Position numbers and translations under genes: made by a program. Below are positions 9,804 to 20,336 of a stretch of 64,000 nt of DNA, piece by piece. A model generated the notes under the pieces. That model was not told the origin of the DNA, searched no databases, and saw only the letters and a program-made list of their open reading frames with translations. The DNA comes from a virus (taxonomy: Duplodnaviria > Heunggongvirae > Uroviricota > Caudoviricetes): IMG/VR virus record IMGVR_UViG_3300035521_000566. The stretch is one strand, 5' to 3'. How positions within the stretch are numbered: the stretch's first letter is position 1; every line of letters starts with the position of its first letter.

Positions 9804-10121
9804 ATGGCTAAAATATATCCAATTTTGATGTGTGAGACCTTGAAACAAGATGATAACGGCTTTCCAGACTTCGGTAACACCAGATTAGTAGGCTATTATA
9901 CAAACATCAACGATGCCATCAGAGCTGTTGAGACAAACGCTTGTGACATCAACGAAACTTGTTACGACTATGCTGTTATCGAAGGCGTTGAAGAAGGATT
10001 ATATCAGTGTGCTACATACAATGATAGACTTGTCTTTCAGTATGATTACAACAGTCGTACTTACAAACGCATTGCTAACCCGAAATGCTTGCATCATATT
10101 GCAGGCATTACCATAGGCTAG
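9804..10121 (+). CDS. Hypothetical protein
   Basis: 105-aa ORF in the operon. Confidence 0.7.
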   Translation: MAKIYPILMCETLKQDDNGFPDFGNTRLVGYYTNINDAIRAVETNACDINETCYDYAVIEGVEEGLYQCATYNDRLVFQYDYNSRTYKRIANPKCLHHIAGITIG

Positions 10122-10135
10122 AAAGGAGCATTTAT

Positions 10136-10633
10136 ATGGGATATTTCACATGGACACTCGCAAACCGTAAGCTTGTAAGGACAAAATATGATTATGCCGT
10201 AAATTGTAAGCTAGGATATGGCTCATATGGTGCAGTCGTTTGTCCAGACAATACTGTTATCAAAGAAGATTATTACGAGGGATATGGAATGTTCGGTGAC
10301 CACGATGTCTATGACCTTGTTGCTGACTGGAACAAAGCACATTTGCACGAGATTATGCAGATACCTGAGATTGCCAACGATGCCTTCTTTGACGACAATC
10401 TAAAGGCTATCGCAGCAGCTTATGCTGATGACGATATGGACAAAATTCAGCATATTTTGGATACAGCATATGCTAATGGTCCTAGCTATCTTAAAACAGA
10501 ATGGAAACGCAATATTGGTATTGCAATTGCGTGCAAGTATAATCATTTGATTCCATATCCTATCAAGATAGTGAACACAAAATCACACATCAAGAAATAT
10601 GAAGACCTTGCACCTTCCATTTCTACGCAGTAA
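10136..10633 (+). CDS. Hypothetical protein
   Basis: Start moved to ATG 10136 behind AAAGGAG. Confidence 0.7.
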   Translation: MGYFTWTLANRKLVRTKYDYAVNCKLGYGSYGAVVCPDNTVIKEDYYEGYGMFGDHDVYDLVADWNKAHLHEIMQIPEIANDAFFDDNLKAIAAAYADDDMDKIQHILDTAYANGPSYLKTEWKRNIGIAIACKYNHLIPYPIKIVNTKSHIKKYEDLAPSISTQ

Positions 10634-10645
10634 AGGAGAAAATAT

Positions 10646-11326
10646 ATGTTGATAAAAGATATAAATAACATCTGGTCTGCATATAACAAAGACCAGAATT
10701 TCAGAATGCTTGTTGTTGCTGAAGATGAAAACGAAGCATATGAAATTGCTAAAGAATATGGCAAAGACGCAGGTATTGACGGTGAATTTGAAATTACGAC
10801 TGCTGACATAAATGCACACTACGATTGCGATTATATTCTAACAGCTAATGACAAAACTAAGAGCAATGACCTTCCAATGTTATCTGCTGTTGATGATAAT
10901 AACAAAGCCGAATTTATCGGTCAGATTATCGAAATATTCGAAGATTTCTTGGATTCAAAAGAAATTATACTTGACAATCCAGAACGTGATGAAGATGAAG
11001 ATTTAGACCCTGAAACCGCAGCCAATATATATGGTTCTGATTATGGTGAAATTCAGACCAACTTAGAGAATATGTTCGAGAAATGGAATATGGTCAACAG
11101 AAAACTTGTACCTATTGAAGAAGAATACAAATATGACAAGTTTGGCTTTATTGAAACATTGGCTGTACGTTATCACTGTCCTACCTGCAATAATATATTA
11201 AATGCAGGTCCTAATTACAGACCAACCTGCTGTGACAAATGTGGTCAGCTGATTAACTTTGATAAGATTGTATTTAAGGCTGACAAATTCTTAAAATATA
11301 AGCCAGCAGCTAAACCTAAAAATTAA
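10646..11326 (+). CDS. Hypothetical protein with C-terminal zinc ribbon
   Basis: CPTC...CDKC near the C terminus; RBS AAGGAG. Confidence 0.7.
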   Translation: MLIKDINNIWSAYNKDQNFRMLVVAEDENEAYEIAKEYGKDAGIDGEFEITTADINAHYDCDYILTANDKTKSNDLPMLSAVDDNNKAEFIGQIIEIFEDFLDSKEIILDNPERDEDEDLDPETAANIYGSDYGEIQTNLENMFEKWNMVNRKLVPIEEEYKYDKFGFIETLAVRYHCPTCNNILNAGPNYRPTCCDKCGQLINFDKIVFKADKFLKYKPAAKPKN

Positions 11327-11340
11327 CAGGAGGTGCCAAT

Positions 11341-12618
11341 ATGACACAACCGCTTGCAGTTCGTATGAGACCTGAGACAATTGATGAAATTGTAGGACAA
11401 TCTCACATTTTGAATCAGGACTCATTACTGACTAAAATGATTAAAAATGACCAACTTTCGTCGATTATCTTATATGGTCCACCTGGAACAGGAAAAACCA
11501 CGATTGCCCATGTGATTGCCAACACAACACATGCTGTCTTTGAACAGTTAAATGCTGTTGCTGCTGGCAAAAAGGACATCGAAGTTGTATGTAAAGCTGC
11601 TCAGAAACTGTTATCTGACGAAGGTAAACGAACCATTCTCTTTATTGACGAGATACACAGATTCAATAAAGCCCAGCAGGATTATCTTCTGCCATTTGTA
11701 GAAAATGGAATCATAATCCTGATTGGGGCTACAACTGAAAATCCATTCTTTGAAGTCAACCCTGCACTTGTTTCTCGTTCCATTTTATTTGAACTGAAAC
11801 CTATCAGCACAGGTGATATTCAGAGGCTTATCACAAGAGCCATTAGTGATAAAGAAAAGGGACTTGGCGAGAAAAATCTTAAAATCGAAGTAGAGGCACT
11901 CACACTATTATCCGAACAATCGAATGGTGATGTGCGTCATGCTCTCTCACTACTGGAACTTGCTGCTTTAAGCGTAGACGATGCTGACAAAACTATTACT
12001 GCAGATTGTGTAAAAGCTTTGATTCAAAAGCCACACCTGAAGTATGATAAAGATGGTGACATGCATTATGACACTATTTCAGCCTTTATTAAGTCTATGC
12101 GTGGCTCAGACCCAGACGCTACACTTTATTACCTTGCGAGAATGATTGAAGCAGGCGAAGACCCTAAATTCATTGCAAGAAGAATTATGGTTGCAGCGTC
12201 CGAAGATGTGGGTAACGCTGACCCAATGGCACTCGTTGTTGCTACAAACGCAAGTTTAGCTGTTGAGAGAATTGGTATGCCAGAAGGTCGTATCATACTC
12301 TCTCAAGCTGCACTTTATATTGCAATGGCTCCAAAGAGTAATTCAGCATATATGGGAATAGACAATGCTCTAGCCTATATTAAAGACCATCCGTCAAACG
12401 AAGTACCACCACATTTAGCAGATTGTCATTACAAATCAGCTGTTAAATTAGGGCACGGTGTCGGATATGCATATCCACACGATTTTGCAAACCATTGGGT
12501 TTCACAAAAATATCTGCCAGATTCTGTAGACCAATATTTCTATCAAAATAGCCATATTGGTTACGAACAAGTACAGGCAGATTATCAGAATGGCATTCAC
12601 ACACAGCTATCAGAATAA
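11341..12618 (+). CDS. rarA: Replication-associated recombination protein A (RarA/MgsA AAA+ ATPase)
   Basis: [49 protein letters not shown]. Confidence 0.96.
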   Translation: MTQPLAVRMRPETIDEIVGQSHILNQDSLLTKMIKNDQLSSIILYGPPGTGKTTIAHVIANTTHAVFEQLNAVAAGKKDIEVVCKAAQKLLSDEGKRTILFIDEIHRFNKAQQDYLLPFVENGIIILIGATTENPFFEVNPALVSRSILFELKPISTGDIQRLITRAISDKEKGLGEKNLKIEVEALTLLSEQSNGDVRHALSLLELAALSVDDADKTITADCVKALIQKPHLKYDKDGDMHYDTISAFIKSMRGSDPDATLYYLARMIEAGEDPKFIARRIMVAASEDVGNADPMALVVATNASLAVERIGMPEGRIILSQAALYIAMAPKSNSAYMGIDNALAYIKDHPSNEVPPHLADCHYKSAVKLGHGVGYAYPHDFANHWVSQKYLPDSVDQYFYQNSHIGYEQVQADYQNGIHTQLSE

Positions 12619-12663
12619 TAGATTTGTAAATCGAAAACAACGAAAATCAAGGAGGAAATACAC

Positions 12664-13737
12664 ATGGTAAAAGCATCAATACCCTGGAATTGTAAACAGG
12701 TTCACAAAATGGTAGTAAACGACAGTCTCGTATTTGACAATGCGATTCAGAGAGGTTATGTATGGGATAAAAACAGACAGTCTCTCTTAATTGACTCTAT
12801 TCTGAGAGGCTATCCTACTCCACCATTTTATACAGTCAAAGACGGAAGAACTGTTGCCACACCAAAAGGAAATGTAGCAGTCTTTGATGCCTTAGACGGC
12901 AAGCAGAGATGTACAACTATTACAAGATTTAAGAATAACGAGTTCGCCTTATGCGGCTTAGAAAAGCCTATCATTGATGACGAAGGTAATGAAATCGACC
13001 TAAACGGTCTCACATACGACGACTTGCCAGACAGTCTGAGAGACGACTTTGATTCCTATTCTCTCACCGTCTACTACTTCACCGATGCAACTAACGAGGA
13101 GATTGTCGAAATCATGACAAGATTGAACAACGGTAAACCGCTCACCGCAGCCGAGAACACCAGAATTAAAGCTGCAGACCTTATTGGAATTCATAAGTTG
13201 GCGTCTCACAGCTTTTTGATAAACAACTTATCAGACAAAGCTGTTGACGGCTATCAGAATGAGGACATTGTTGTCAAAATATATGCTCTATTAAATGGCA
13301 TAGAGTCACTTGACAACAAGGACATCAGACCAATTTATGAATCACTTGTTGTCACTCCAGAAGTTTCAGACACCATTAACAGTATATTAAGCAAGCTGGA
13401 AGAAATTCACGCTAAGATGATTGAAAATGGAGATAAAAAGCAGGCTCGTAAACTCGTCACACGAACACACCTGATTACAGTGGCACCTACCGTGAGACGT
13501 ATGATTGCAGATAACAAAGACCTTAACAGTATGGTTCGCTTCTTTACTAACTTTTTTGATGGTTCACCATCTTATGATGAAGATTACAATACTGCTTGCA
13601 GCAATGGTAGTAATCATGCAGTTAACGTAAAGATTCGTATTTCTGCATTAGAGAAAGAATACGACTGGTTTTACAATGCAGCAAACTGCAATGACGAAGA
13701 TGAAAACGAAGACGAAGAGACTGATACAAACGACTAG
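12664..13737 (+). CDS. DUF262 (ParB-like, GmrSD N-terminal) domain protein
   Basis: IQRGYVW, LIDSILRGYP, DGKQRCTT, RLNNGKPL. Confidence 0.85.
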   Translation: MVKASIPWNCKQVHKMVVNDSLVFDNAIQRGYVWDKNRQSLLIDSILRGYPTPPFYTVKDGRTVATPKGNVAVFDALDGKQRCTTITRFKNNEFALCGLEKPIIDDEGNEIDLNGLTYDDLPDSLRDDFDSYSLTVYYFTDATNEEIVEIMTRLNNGKPLTAAENTRIKAADLIGIHKLASHSFLINNLSDKAVDGYQNEDIVVKIYALLNGIESLDNKDIRPIYESLVVTPEVSDTINSILSKLEEIHAKMIENGDKKQARKLVTRTHLITVAPTVRRMIADNKDLNSMVRFFTNFFDGSPSYDEDYNTACSNGSNHAVNVKIRISALEKEYDWFYNAANCNDEDENEDEETDTND

Positions 13738-13752
13738 CCTTTAGTTCACAGA

Positions 13753-13841
13753 CATAGTTGGCACGCAGGTAAATAACCTAGCATAAATGAGGATTTTATG
13801 CTATAATATCTATTGACCTATGTGTCAACTATATAATGTGA
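13753..13841 (+). promoter_or_regulatory. Inverted-repeat-rich promoter region upstream of the nrdD operon
   Basis: TGcTATAAT extended -10 at 13799-13807; nested IRs ATAGTTGGCACGCAGGT/ACCTATGTGTCAACTAT and TAGCATAAA/TTTATGCTA. Confidence 0.5.
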
Positions 13842-13857
13842 AAGGAGTGAAAAAGAA

Positions 13858-14160
13858 TTGCGAACTATAGTTACATATGATGAGGACTTGCTATCAGACG
13901 AACACGATACAAGGTCACCAGAAAATGACGAAGTATTCGTCATTCATAGAAAAACTGAGTCTGAAAATAATTTACTATTTCATAAATCATTCGATACATC
14001 AGACGCAGCTGAACACGAATTAGCTTCTATGAATTATGATGAAACTTACCCACTTGTATTTCTTTATCATCTGACAAGGAACAGTCTTACTGAACTCGTC
14101 ATTGAATCATGTAAATATAGTTATGATTTTGTTTACAACATGTATGTAGCATCTTCATAA
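13858..14160 (+). CDS. Hypothetical protein
   Basis: 100-aa ORF, TTG start, RBS AAAGGAG. Confidence 0.65.
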   Translation: MRTIVTYDEDLLSDEHDTRSPENDEVFVIHRKTESENNLLFHKSFDTSDAAEHELASMNYDETYPLVFLYHLTRNSLTELVIESCKYSYDFVYNMYVASS

Positions 14161-14187
14161 GGGGTTTAATTACCAGAAAGGATAACC

Positions 14188-14349
14188 ATGAAGCAAACTA
14201 AGAAACTTACCCGTAGCCAGCGTGAGTTGGTAATGCACAACAGAAAAATCAAAGACACCAGTGACTACAGAGCTGTTAATGAAACAAAAGACATACTGGT
14301 TATCATTGATTCCAAAGGTGAACTAATCACTATCAATAAAAACAGTTAG
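14188..14349 (+). CDS. Small basic hypothetical protein (53 aa)
   Basis: Read by hand: MKQTKKLTRSQRELVMHNRK..., RBS GAAAGGA. Confidence 0.55.
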   Translation: MKQTKKLTRSQRELVMHNRKIKDTSDYRAVNETKDILVIIDSKGELITINKNS

Positions 14350-14367
14350 AAAGGAATTGATTAGATT

Positions 14368-16572
14368 ATGAAAGTAATCAAGAGAAACGGCAAAGAAGTC
14401 GAATTCGATGGTTCAAAGATTATCAACGCTGTACAGCGTGCAAATCTTGAAGCACCAAACGAATGCGACAGACTTACCGACTTACAAATTCAGGTAATTG
14501 AGGAGAAGGTAGAAAACACCCTCAAAAAGCTTAACCATACTCCTACTATTGAGGAGATACAGGACCTTGTAATCTATGCAATTATGAACCAGCAGACTTA
14601 CTTAGTTGCAAAGCTCTATACAGAGTATAGATACAAGCATATGCTTCTTCGTAAGGACAACACAACCGATAATAGTATCCTGACTCTCGTAAACTATGAG
14701 AACGAGGAAATCAATCAGGAGAATTCAAATAAGAATCCGATGATTGCGTCTACTCAGCGTGATTATATTGCAGGTGAAGCGTCTAAAGACCTTACCATGC
14801 GTGTGCTTCTTCCAATGGACATTGTTGAAGCCCACAAGAAAGGCATTATTCACTTTCATGACGCTGATTACTTCCTGCAGAAGATTCATAACTGCGACTT
14901 GATTAACTTGTGGGATATGCTTTGGAATGGTACCGTCATTTCTGGAGTACAGATTACAAGACCACATTCACTCTCTACTGCTGCTAATGTGGCAACACAA
15001 ATAATAGCCCAAGTGGCGAGCAACCAATTTGGGGGACAGACATTTAGTTTAGCCCATTTGGCACCATTTGTTGACATTTCTCGTCAACGCAACATTGAGA
15101 AATTGAGAAAAGATTTTGATGACATTAAAATTGATTATACTGATGAGCAGATTGAACACCTTGCGGAAATGCAGGTAAAGCGTGAAATCGAATCTGCTAT
15201 TCAGACAATCCAATATCAGTTAGTGACTTTAATGACCACAAATGGTCAAACTCCGTTCGTATCTATGTTCATGTGCTTAGAAGAGGCACCTGAAGGTCGA
15301 ACCAGAGACGATATGGCACTTCTCATGGAAGAAGTGTTAAGACAAAGAATCAAAGGTCTTCCTAATGAGAAAGGTCAGTGGGTAGTTGCAGCATTTCCTA
15401 AGCTTTTATATGCTACAAGTGACCTGAACATCAATGCTGACAGTCCATATTTCTATCTGACTGAAATGGCAGCAAAATGTTCCGCTAAGACACTTGTACC
15501 AGACTACATCAGCACTAAGATTATGCAGGAATACAAAGGGGACGTCTATCCATGCATGGGATGTCGTTCATTCCTTACACCCGACCGCTTTACTGATGCT
15601 GGCATTGGCAACATCGCAAACGCAGGTGACTATGAAGAAGGCAAGCATAAGTATTACGGAAGATTCAATCAAGGCGTTGTTACTATCAACTTAGTTGATG
15701 TAGCATGTTCGTCAGAAAAAGATTTCGACAAGTTCTGGAAAATCTTTGACGAGCGTTTGGAACTTTGCCACAGAGCTCTCAGACTTCGTCACGAACGCTT
15801 GCTCGGAACACCATCTGACGCTGCTCCAATTCTTTGGCAGTATGGTGCCCTTGCCAGACTTAAGAAAGGTGAGACAATTGACAAGCTGTTATACAACGGC
15901 TACTCTACTCTCTCACTTGGATATGCAGGTCTTTATGAGATGTGCAAATATATGACTGGTGTATCTCACACTGACCCGAACGGCAAAGATTTTGCTAAAT
16001 CTGTAATGCAACATATGAATGACAAATGTGACGAGTGGAAAAAGGCTGAGAATATTGACTATTCTCTTTATGGAACTCCACTTGAGAGTACGACATACAA
16101 ATTTGCTAAATGCCTTCAGGACAGATTTGGTGTCATTCCAGACGTGACAGAACACAACTATATTACGAACAGCTACCACGTAAATGTTCGTGAAGAGATT
16201 GACGCATTCCACAAGTTGGAATTTGAATCTGAATTTCAGAAGTTATCACCTGGCGGTGCTATCTCGTATGTAGAAGTACCGAATATGCAAAACAACATTC
16301 CAGCTGTTATCTCTCTAATTCAGTATATACACAACAACATTCCATATGCAGAACTGAATACTAAGTCAGATTACTGTCAGGAATGTGGCTACAATGGAGA
16401 AATTCAGATTGTTAACGACATCCACGGAAAGCTCGTATGGGAGTGTCCAAACTGCGGCTGTCGTGACCAGAACAAAATGAATGTAGCAAGACGAACTTGC
16501 GGCTACATTGGTACCCAGTATTGGAACCAGGGTAGAACGCAGGAAATTAAGGACAGAGTATTACATCTGTAG
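14368..16572 (+). CDS. nrdD: Anaerobic (class III) ribonucleoside-triphosphate reductase with ATP cone
   Basis: N-terminal ATP cone (VIKRNGKEVEFD), PCMGCRS, YGTPLES, CQECG/CPNCG zinc site, RRTCGYIG glycyl-radical motif. Confidence 0.97.
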   Translation: MKVIKRNGKEVEFDGSKIINAVQRANLEAPNECDRLTDLQIQVIEEKVENTLKKLNHTPTIEEIQDLVIYAIMNQQTYLVAKLYTEYRYKHMLLRKDNTTDNSILTLVNYENEEINQENSNKNPMIASTQRDYIAGEASKDLTMRVLLPMDIVEAHKKGIIHFHDADYFLQKIHNCDLINLWDMLWNGTVISGVQITRPHSLSTAANVATQIIAQVASNQFGGQTFSLAHLAPFVDISRQRNIEKLRKDFDDIKIDYTDEQIEHLAEMQVKREIESAIQTIQYQLVTLMTTNGQTPFVSMFMCLEEAPEGRTRDDMALLMEEVLRQRIKGLPNEKGQWVVAAFPKLLYATSDLNINADSPYFYLTEMAAKCSAKTLVPDYISTKIMQEYKGDVYPCMGCRSFLTPDRFTDAGIGNIANAGDYEEGKHKYYGRFNQGVVTINLVDVACSSEKDFDKFWKIFDERLELCHRALRLRHERLLGTPSDAAPILWQYGALARLKKGETIDKLLYNGYSTLSLGYAGLYEMCKYMTGVSHTDPNGKDFAKSVMQHMNDKCDEWKKAENIDYSLYGTPLESTTYKFAKCLQDRFGVIPDVTEHNYITNSYHVNVREEIDAFHKLEFESEFQKLSPGGAISYVEVPNMQNNIPAVISLIQYIHNNIPYAELNTKSDYCQECGYNGEIQIVNDIHGKLVWECPNCGCRDQNKMNVARRTCGYIGTQYWNQGRTQEIKDRVLHL

Positions 16573-16584
16573 AAAGGATAACCT

Positions 16585-16770
16585 ATGCACAGTATCACAT
16601 TTTGGATAAAAGACGGTGTTATCATTCTTTTTGCTATAATGATTGTTGCAATGATTTGTATCGCAATAGGTGCAGGAGAAGCAAACAAAAAGATTGATAT
16701 ACTGCAGGACGAGGATGATGCAGCACAGGAACAATGGCTTGCAGAAAACTATGGCAAAACAAAGAACTAA
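16585..16770 (+). CDS. Small membrane protein
   Basis: N-terminal hydrophobic helix, RBS GAAAGGA. Confidence 0.6.
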   Translation: MHSITFWIKDGVIILFAIMIVAMICIAIGAGEANKKIDILQDEDDAAQEQWLAENYGKTKN

Positions 16771-16794
16771 CAAAGAAAGAAAGGAGCGATTGCT

Positions 16795-17049
16795 ATGAAG
16801 AAAACAGACTTTTCATATGCAGAATTAGTAGAAGCCTGCACAGACAAGGATAACAAAGGCAAAGACAACGCAATTACTATTGTTGATATTCATGGCGATG
16901 AATGTAGATACAAGTTTGTTGGTACCACTGACATCAGACACGGCAATGTTGTCAACTTAGTAAACGGTGCTGTTCATGAAGCAGGTATTATCACTAATCC
17001 TGATGCGTTAAAGAGCTGGGACGGTTTTTCGCCTGTTGACTCCTACTAA
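16795..17049 (+). CDS. Hypothetical protein
   Basis: 84-aa ORF, RBS AAGGAG. Confidence 0.65.
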   Translation: MKKTDFSYAELVEACTDKDNKGKDNAITIVDIHGDECRYKFVGTTDIRHGNVVNLVNGAVHEAGIITNPDALKSWDGFSPVDSY

Positions 17050-17071
17050 ACATAAATCAGAACAAAAGTTA

Positions 17072-17098
17072 TGGGGAGTGCTTGCACTCCCTATTTTT
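17072..17098 (+). terminator. Rho-independent terminator
   Basis: GGGAGTG-cttg-CACTCCC followed by a T tract. Confidence 0.8.
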
Positions 17099-17246
17099 GT
17101 GACTTTTTTGATTCATGTATCCTATGGTTTTAGTTAAATCTACCATGTAGCACTTTTCCAAAGTGCTAAAAGCCATATTGCAGTATATTATGAGATGAGA
17201 CTGTACGAATATATATAACAAAACCATTTTTTAGGAGGTAAACACC

Positions 17247-17552
17247 ATGGAAAATTTAATCAATTTAAGAAACGAAATTACTGACGCAGCTGAGAACTCT
17301 AGCAATAAGTTATCAAGTATTGCTGAAATTATTGCCAGAACTGATGACAAGGAATTTGATGATGCAGATTGGAACGATACCATTATGTTTGCTGCAAAAT
17401 CAGCTGATGTATCTGTAGATGAACTTCTCGCTGAGGTTGTTAGTGTTATAGGCTTCGATGAATTCTTGGCTGAAGAGGCGGAAAATCAGTATCAGGCTAT
17501 GATGCGTGCTGAGGACCCTGTGTACGGTTGTGACCCATATTCCGAATATTAG
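17247..17552 (+). CDS. Acidic hypothetical protein
   Basis: 101-aa ORF, RBS AGGAGG. Confidence 0.75.
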   Translation: MENLINLRNEITDAAENSSNKLSSIAEIIARTDDKEFDDADWNDTIMFAAKSADVSVDELLAEVVSVIGFDEFLAEEAENQYQAMMRAEDPVYGCDPYSEY

Positions 17553-17563
17553 GAGGTGTATAT

Positions 17564-17947
17564 ATGCAAACAAATGAGAAGTCACTTACCGAAAAACAGC
17601 GTGAAGCACTTGCCATCAGACTGATTAAATATTTAGTAAGAAAAAACTTATTTTACGATGTCATAATTTACATCAATAATCAGCGTTGGTTCAGTGATGA
17701 ATACAAAAATGCTACACCAAAGCAGATAACTGATAAGATTACAGTGTATGTACAGGATAATATTGATGTAAAAGAATATATTGAATATAGTAATCCAGAC
17801 ACTATCACTGTCACATACGAAGGACCACTCTACGATGTGCTCACTTATGGTTCAAATAAAACAGAAAAAGAAATCAATGCAATTTTAGATAAATATGGAC
17901 TATATTTAGAATATGGTTATGCATGGTCGTTTTCTGCATACTTTTAA
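17564..17947 (+). CDS. Hypothetical protein
   Basis: 127-aa ORF, RBS AGGAGG. Confidence 0.75.
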   Translation: MQTNEKSLTEKQREALAIRLIKYLVRKNLFYDVIIYINNQRWFSDEYKNATPKQITDKITVYVQDNIDVKEYIEYSNPDTITVTYEGPLYDVLTYGSNKTEKEINAILDKYGLYLEYGYAWSFSAYF

Positions 17948-17962
17948 GAAATGAGGTGAAAT

Positions 17963-18340
17963 ATGTATATCATATGTTTAACAGATGATACCTATATCAT
18001 AACAGACAAAACGCCTGATAAATGGATTACAGATAATCCTGACAAAGATGTTCAGTACATTTTTGACAAAAATGCTGATATGAAATCAAGACAGGATTAT
18101 ATTGAGTCCGTATTTGATGAATGCTGTTATCGCTACGGTTTTGCACCATCCGACTTACACCGCAAATTTGTATCCCAATATGGTCATACAAACGGTCATA
18201 TATGTGAGTTTATCGGAATCAAAACCCGAAATCCGAAATATCCTTGCCAGATTAGAGACACTGTTACTGGCAAGACCTACAAAGTAACCCCAAGTTTTAT
18301 CAGAAATGGTCTTAACGACCACAGTGTAAAGGAGAACTAA
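17963..18340 (+). CDS. Hypothetical protein
   Basis: 125-aa ORF, RBS GAGGTG. Confidence 0.7.
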   Translation: MYIICLTDDTYIITDKTPDKWITDNPDKDVQYIFDKNADMKSRQDYIESVFDECCYRYGFAPSDLHRKFVSQYGHTNGHICEFIGIKTRNPKYPCQIRDTVTGKTYKVTPSFIRNGLNDHSVKEN

Positions 18341-18341
18341 C

Positions 18342-18815
18342 ATGTCAAAAGATAGTATTAGATTATCGCCAAAGCATGGACTCAATCCATCTATTGCAGT
18401 TTGTTTCTGGTGCCACCAGCCGATAGGCGTTGCCCTTGCTGGTAAAATAGACAGAGAAGACTCTGAAGCACCACATTATACAATCACTGATTATGAGCCA
18501 TGTGATGAATGCAAAGCCAAGATGAATACAGGCATTTCTTTCATTGGCGTTATGACTGAGCAGCCAGAAGACAACAGACCGCCAATCATGAAAAACTACC
18601 CAAATCCTGATACAAACGAGCCGTGTGACATCTATCCAACAGGTTCGCTTGCTGTTTTACGGGAAGAAGCAGTTGACCATATTATCGCATCACCAGAAGT
18701 TGCTGATAATCTCAAGAGAACCCGTAAATGCTTCTGCCCTGACAAGGTCGTAAGAAATATCTTAGCAGCGTGCTATGGAAAGGAAGACGGTGACGACAAT
18801 GAAAATATTGATTGA
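18342..18815 (+). CDS. Hypothetical protein with CxxC pairs (possible zinc binding)
   Basis: CFWC and CDEC motifs; RBS AAGGAG. Confidence 0.7.
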   Translation: MSKDSIRLSPKHGLNPSIAVCFWCHQPIGVALAGKIDREDSEAPHYTITDYEPCDECKAKMNTGISFIGVMTEQPEDNRPPIMKNYPNPDTNEPCDIYPTGSLAVLREEAVDHIIASPEVADNLKRTRKCFCPDKVVRNILAACYGKEDGDDNENID

Positions 18816-19071
18816 TGTAAATCACGATATAAAAGGCAATGTCGTCAGCACATTAACCACATTTGGCGACAAAATTCATATTATCGGTTCCTATGATGAT
18901 AATGAAAAATGTGACCGTAATAAGATTGCGTGCATTGCCAGTATCATCAACGATGTATTAGACAAATCAGAGCCTTCAGATGAAGAACTTGATTACGATG
19001 ATGACGCAATTGCACTTTACGATGAGTTGCACAACACAAAGCAGGCACTTGAACAGTGCGGCTATTTATAA
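18799..19071 (+). CDS. Hypothetical protein
   Basis: Start moved to ATG 18799, overlapping the upstream gene end. Confidence 0.65.
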   Translation: MKILIDVNHDIKGNVVSTLTTFGDKIHIIGSYDDNEKCDRNKIACIASIINDVLDKSEPSDEELDYDDDAIALYDELHNTKQALEQCGYL

Positions 19072-19089
19072 TTTAAGGAGGACATACCT

Positions 19090-19674
19090 ATGGCACTTAT
19101 GCCTTATGTTGTAGAACGCACATCTGACGGCGAGCGTTCTTATGATTTACTGAGCCGTTTAATGAAAGAAAGAATCATCAAGCTTGACGGAGAAGTGAAT
19201 GACGCTACTGCTGCTGTCATCACTGCTCAGCTTTTATACTTAGAATCTGTCGACCCTGATGCTGACATCCAGTTGTACATCAATTCTCCAGGTGGTAGTG
19301 TATCGGCTGGTTTAGCCATCTATGACACAATGCAGCTTGTAAAGTGTGATGTAGCAACAACCTGTATGGGACTTGCAGCAAGCATGGGTGCATTTCTACT
19401 TGCGGCTGGCACAAAGGGGAAGAGAACTGTACTTCCAAACGCAGAAGTAATGATACACCAGCCCCTTGGCGGTACGCAGGGACAGGCAACTGAAATAGAG
19501 ATTGCTTGCAAGCATATCTTGAGAACTAAGAAGCGATTGAATACAATCTTAGCTGAAAGAACTGGCAAAGATTATACCCAGGTTTGCGAAGATACTGAAC
19601 GTGATAACTGGCTTGATGCTGAAGAAGCTGTTGCATACGGTCTTGTCGACCAGATTGCAGAACCACATAAGTAA
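19090..19674 (+). CDS. clpP: ATP-dependent Clp protease proteolytic subunit
   Basis: [16 protein letters not shown] (catalytic Ser), MIHQP (His), ERDNW (Asp). Confidence 0.97.
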   Translation: MALMPYVVERTSDGERSYDLLSRLMKERIIKLDGEVNDATAAVITAQLLYLESVDPDADIQLYINSPGGSVSAGLAIYDTMQLVKCDVATTCMGLAASMGAFLLAAGTKGKRTVLPNAEVMIHQPLGGTQGQATEIEIACKHILRTKKRLNTILAERTGKDYTQVCEDTERDNWLDAEEAVAYGLVDQIAEPHK

Positions 19675-19684
19675 GCACATTACG

Positions 19685-19722
19685 AGTGGTAGTCGCAATA
19701 TTTGCGATTGCCACTTTGTTTT
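19685..19722 (+). terminator. Terminator-like hairpin after clpP
   Basis: AGTGGTAGTCGCA-atatt-TGCGATTGCCACT followed by TTGTTTTT. Confidence 0.7.
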
Positions 19723-19751
19723 TATGTATTAAGACAGAAAGGAGTACGCTT

Positions 19752-20033
19752 ATGTCTACATTCATAATAAAGAAAGAAACATCTATACCCGATGTGGACG
19801 GCGAAGCTGTTATCAAAACAGAGTTTGATGACACTTATTACGATAATTACAATCTTGCACTGGATTGCTGCCGTCAATGGGCTCTTGATGACTGTCCACC
19901 ACTGAAAGACGGTTATCATTGCGACCTTACACAGACAAGCACGCACGACGCTATCGTAACCGACATTACGGGTTGTATTGTTTATAAGTATACAATTCTA
20001 AAGCTTGTCAGAGCTTCAGTTCCAGATAGATGA
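19752..20033 (+). CDS. Hypothetical protein
   Basis: Start moved to ATG 19752 behind AAAGGAG. Confidence 0.65.
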   Translation: MSTFIIKKETSIPDVDGEAVIKTEFDDTYYDNYNLALDCCRQWALDDCPPLKDGYHCDLTQTSTHDAIVTDITGCIVYKYTILKLVRASVPDR

Positions 20034-20046
20034 AAGGAAAAACAGC

Positions 20047-20319
20047 ATGAAAAATGAAGCAGGAAAGATTCAACTTGAAAAAGGCGATTTCATCAAAAGT
20101 GAAAACAGAGAATATGAAATAGAGCGTATCTTAAGTCAGGATATGAGCTATGCATACAAGCCATTTTCAAATAAACCTGACATCAATAAACCTTATTGGG
20201 ATATTGAGTTCCAAAGTATCAATCGCACTTATCATCATTGGAAATCATATCTGAACGGAGGCGAAATCACAGATGCCAGAACTGGCAAAATTATAATTGC
20301 CAAAAAGTTAGACATTTAA
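20047..20319 (+). CDS. Hypothetical protein
   Basis: Start moved to ATG 20047 behind GAAAGGA. Confidence 0.65.
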   Translation: MKNEAGKIQLEKGDFIKSENREYEIERILSQDMSYAYKPFSNKPDINKPYWDIEFQSINRTYHHWKSYLNGGEITDARTGKIIIAKKLDI

Positions 20320-20336
20320 TCAAAAGGAGTGAGACT

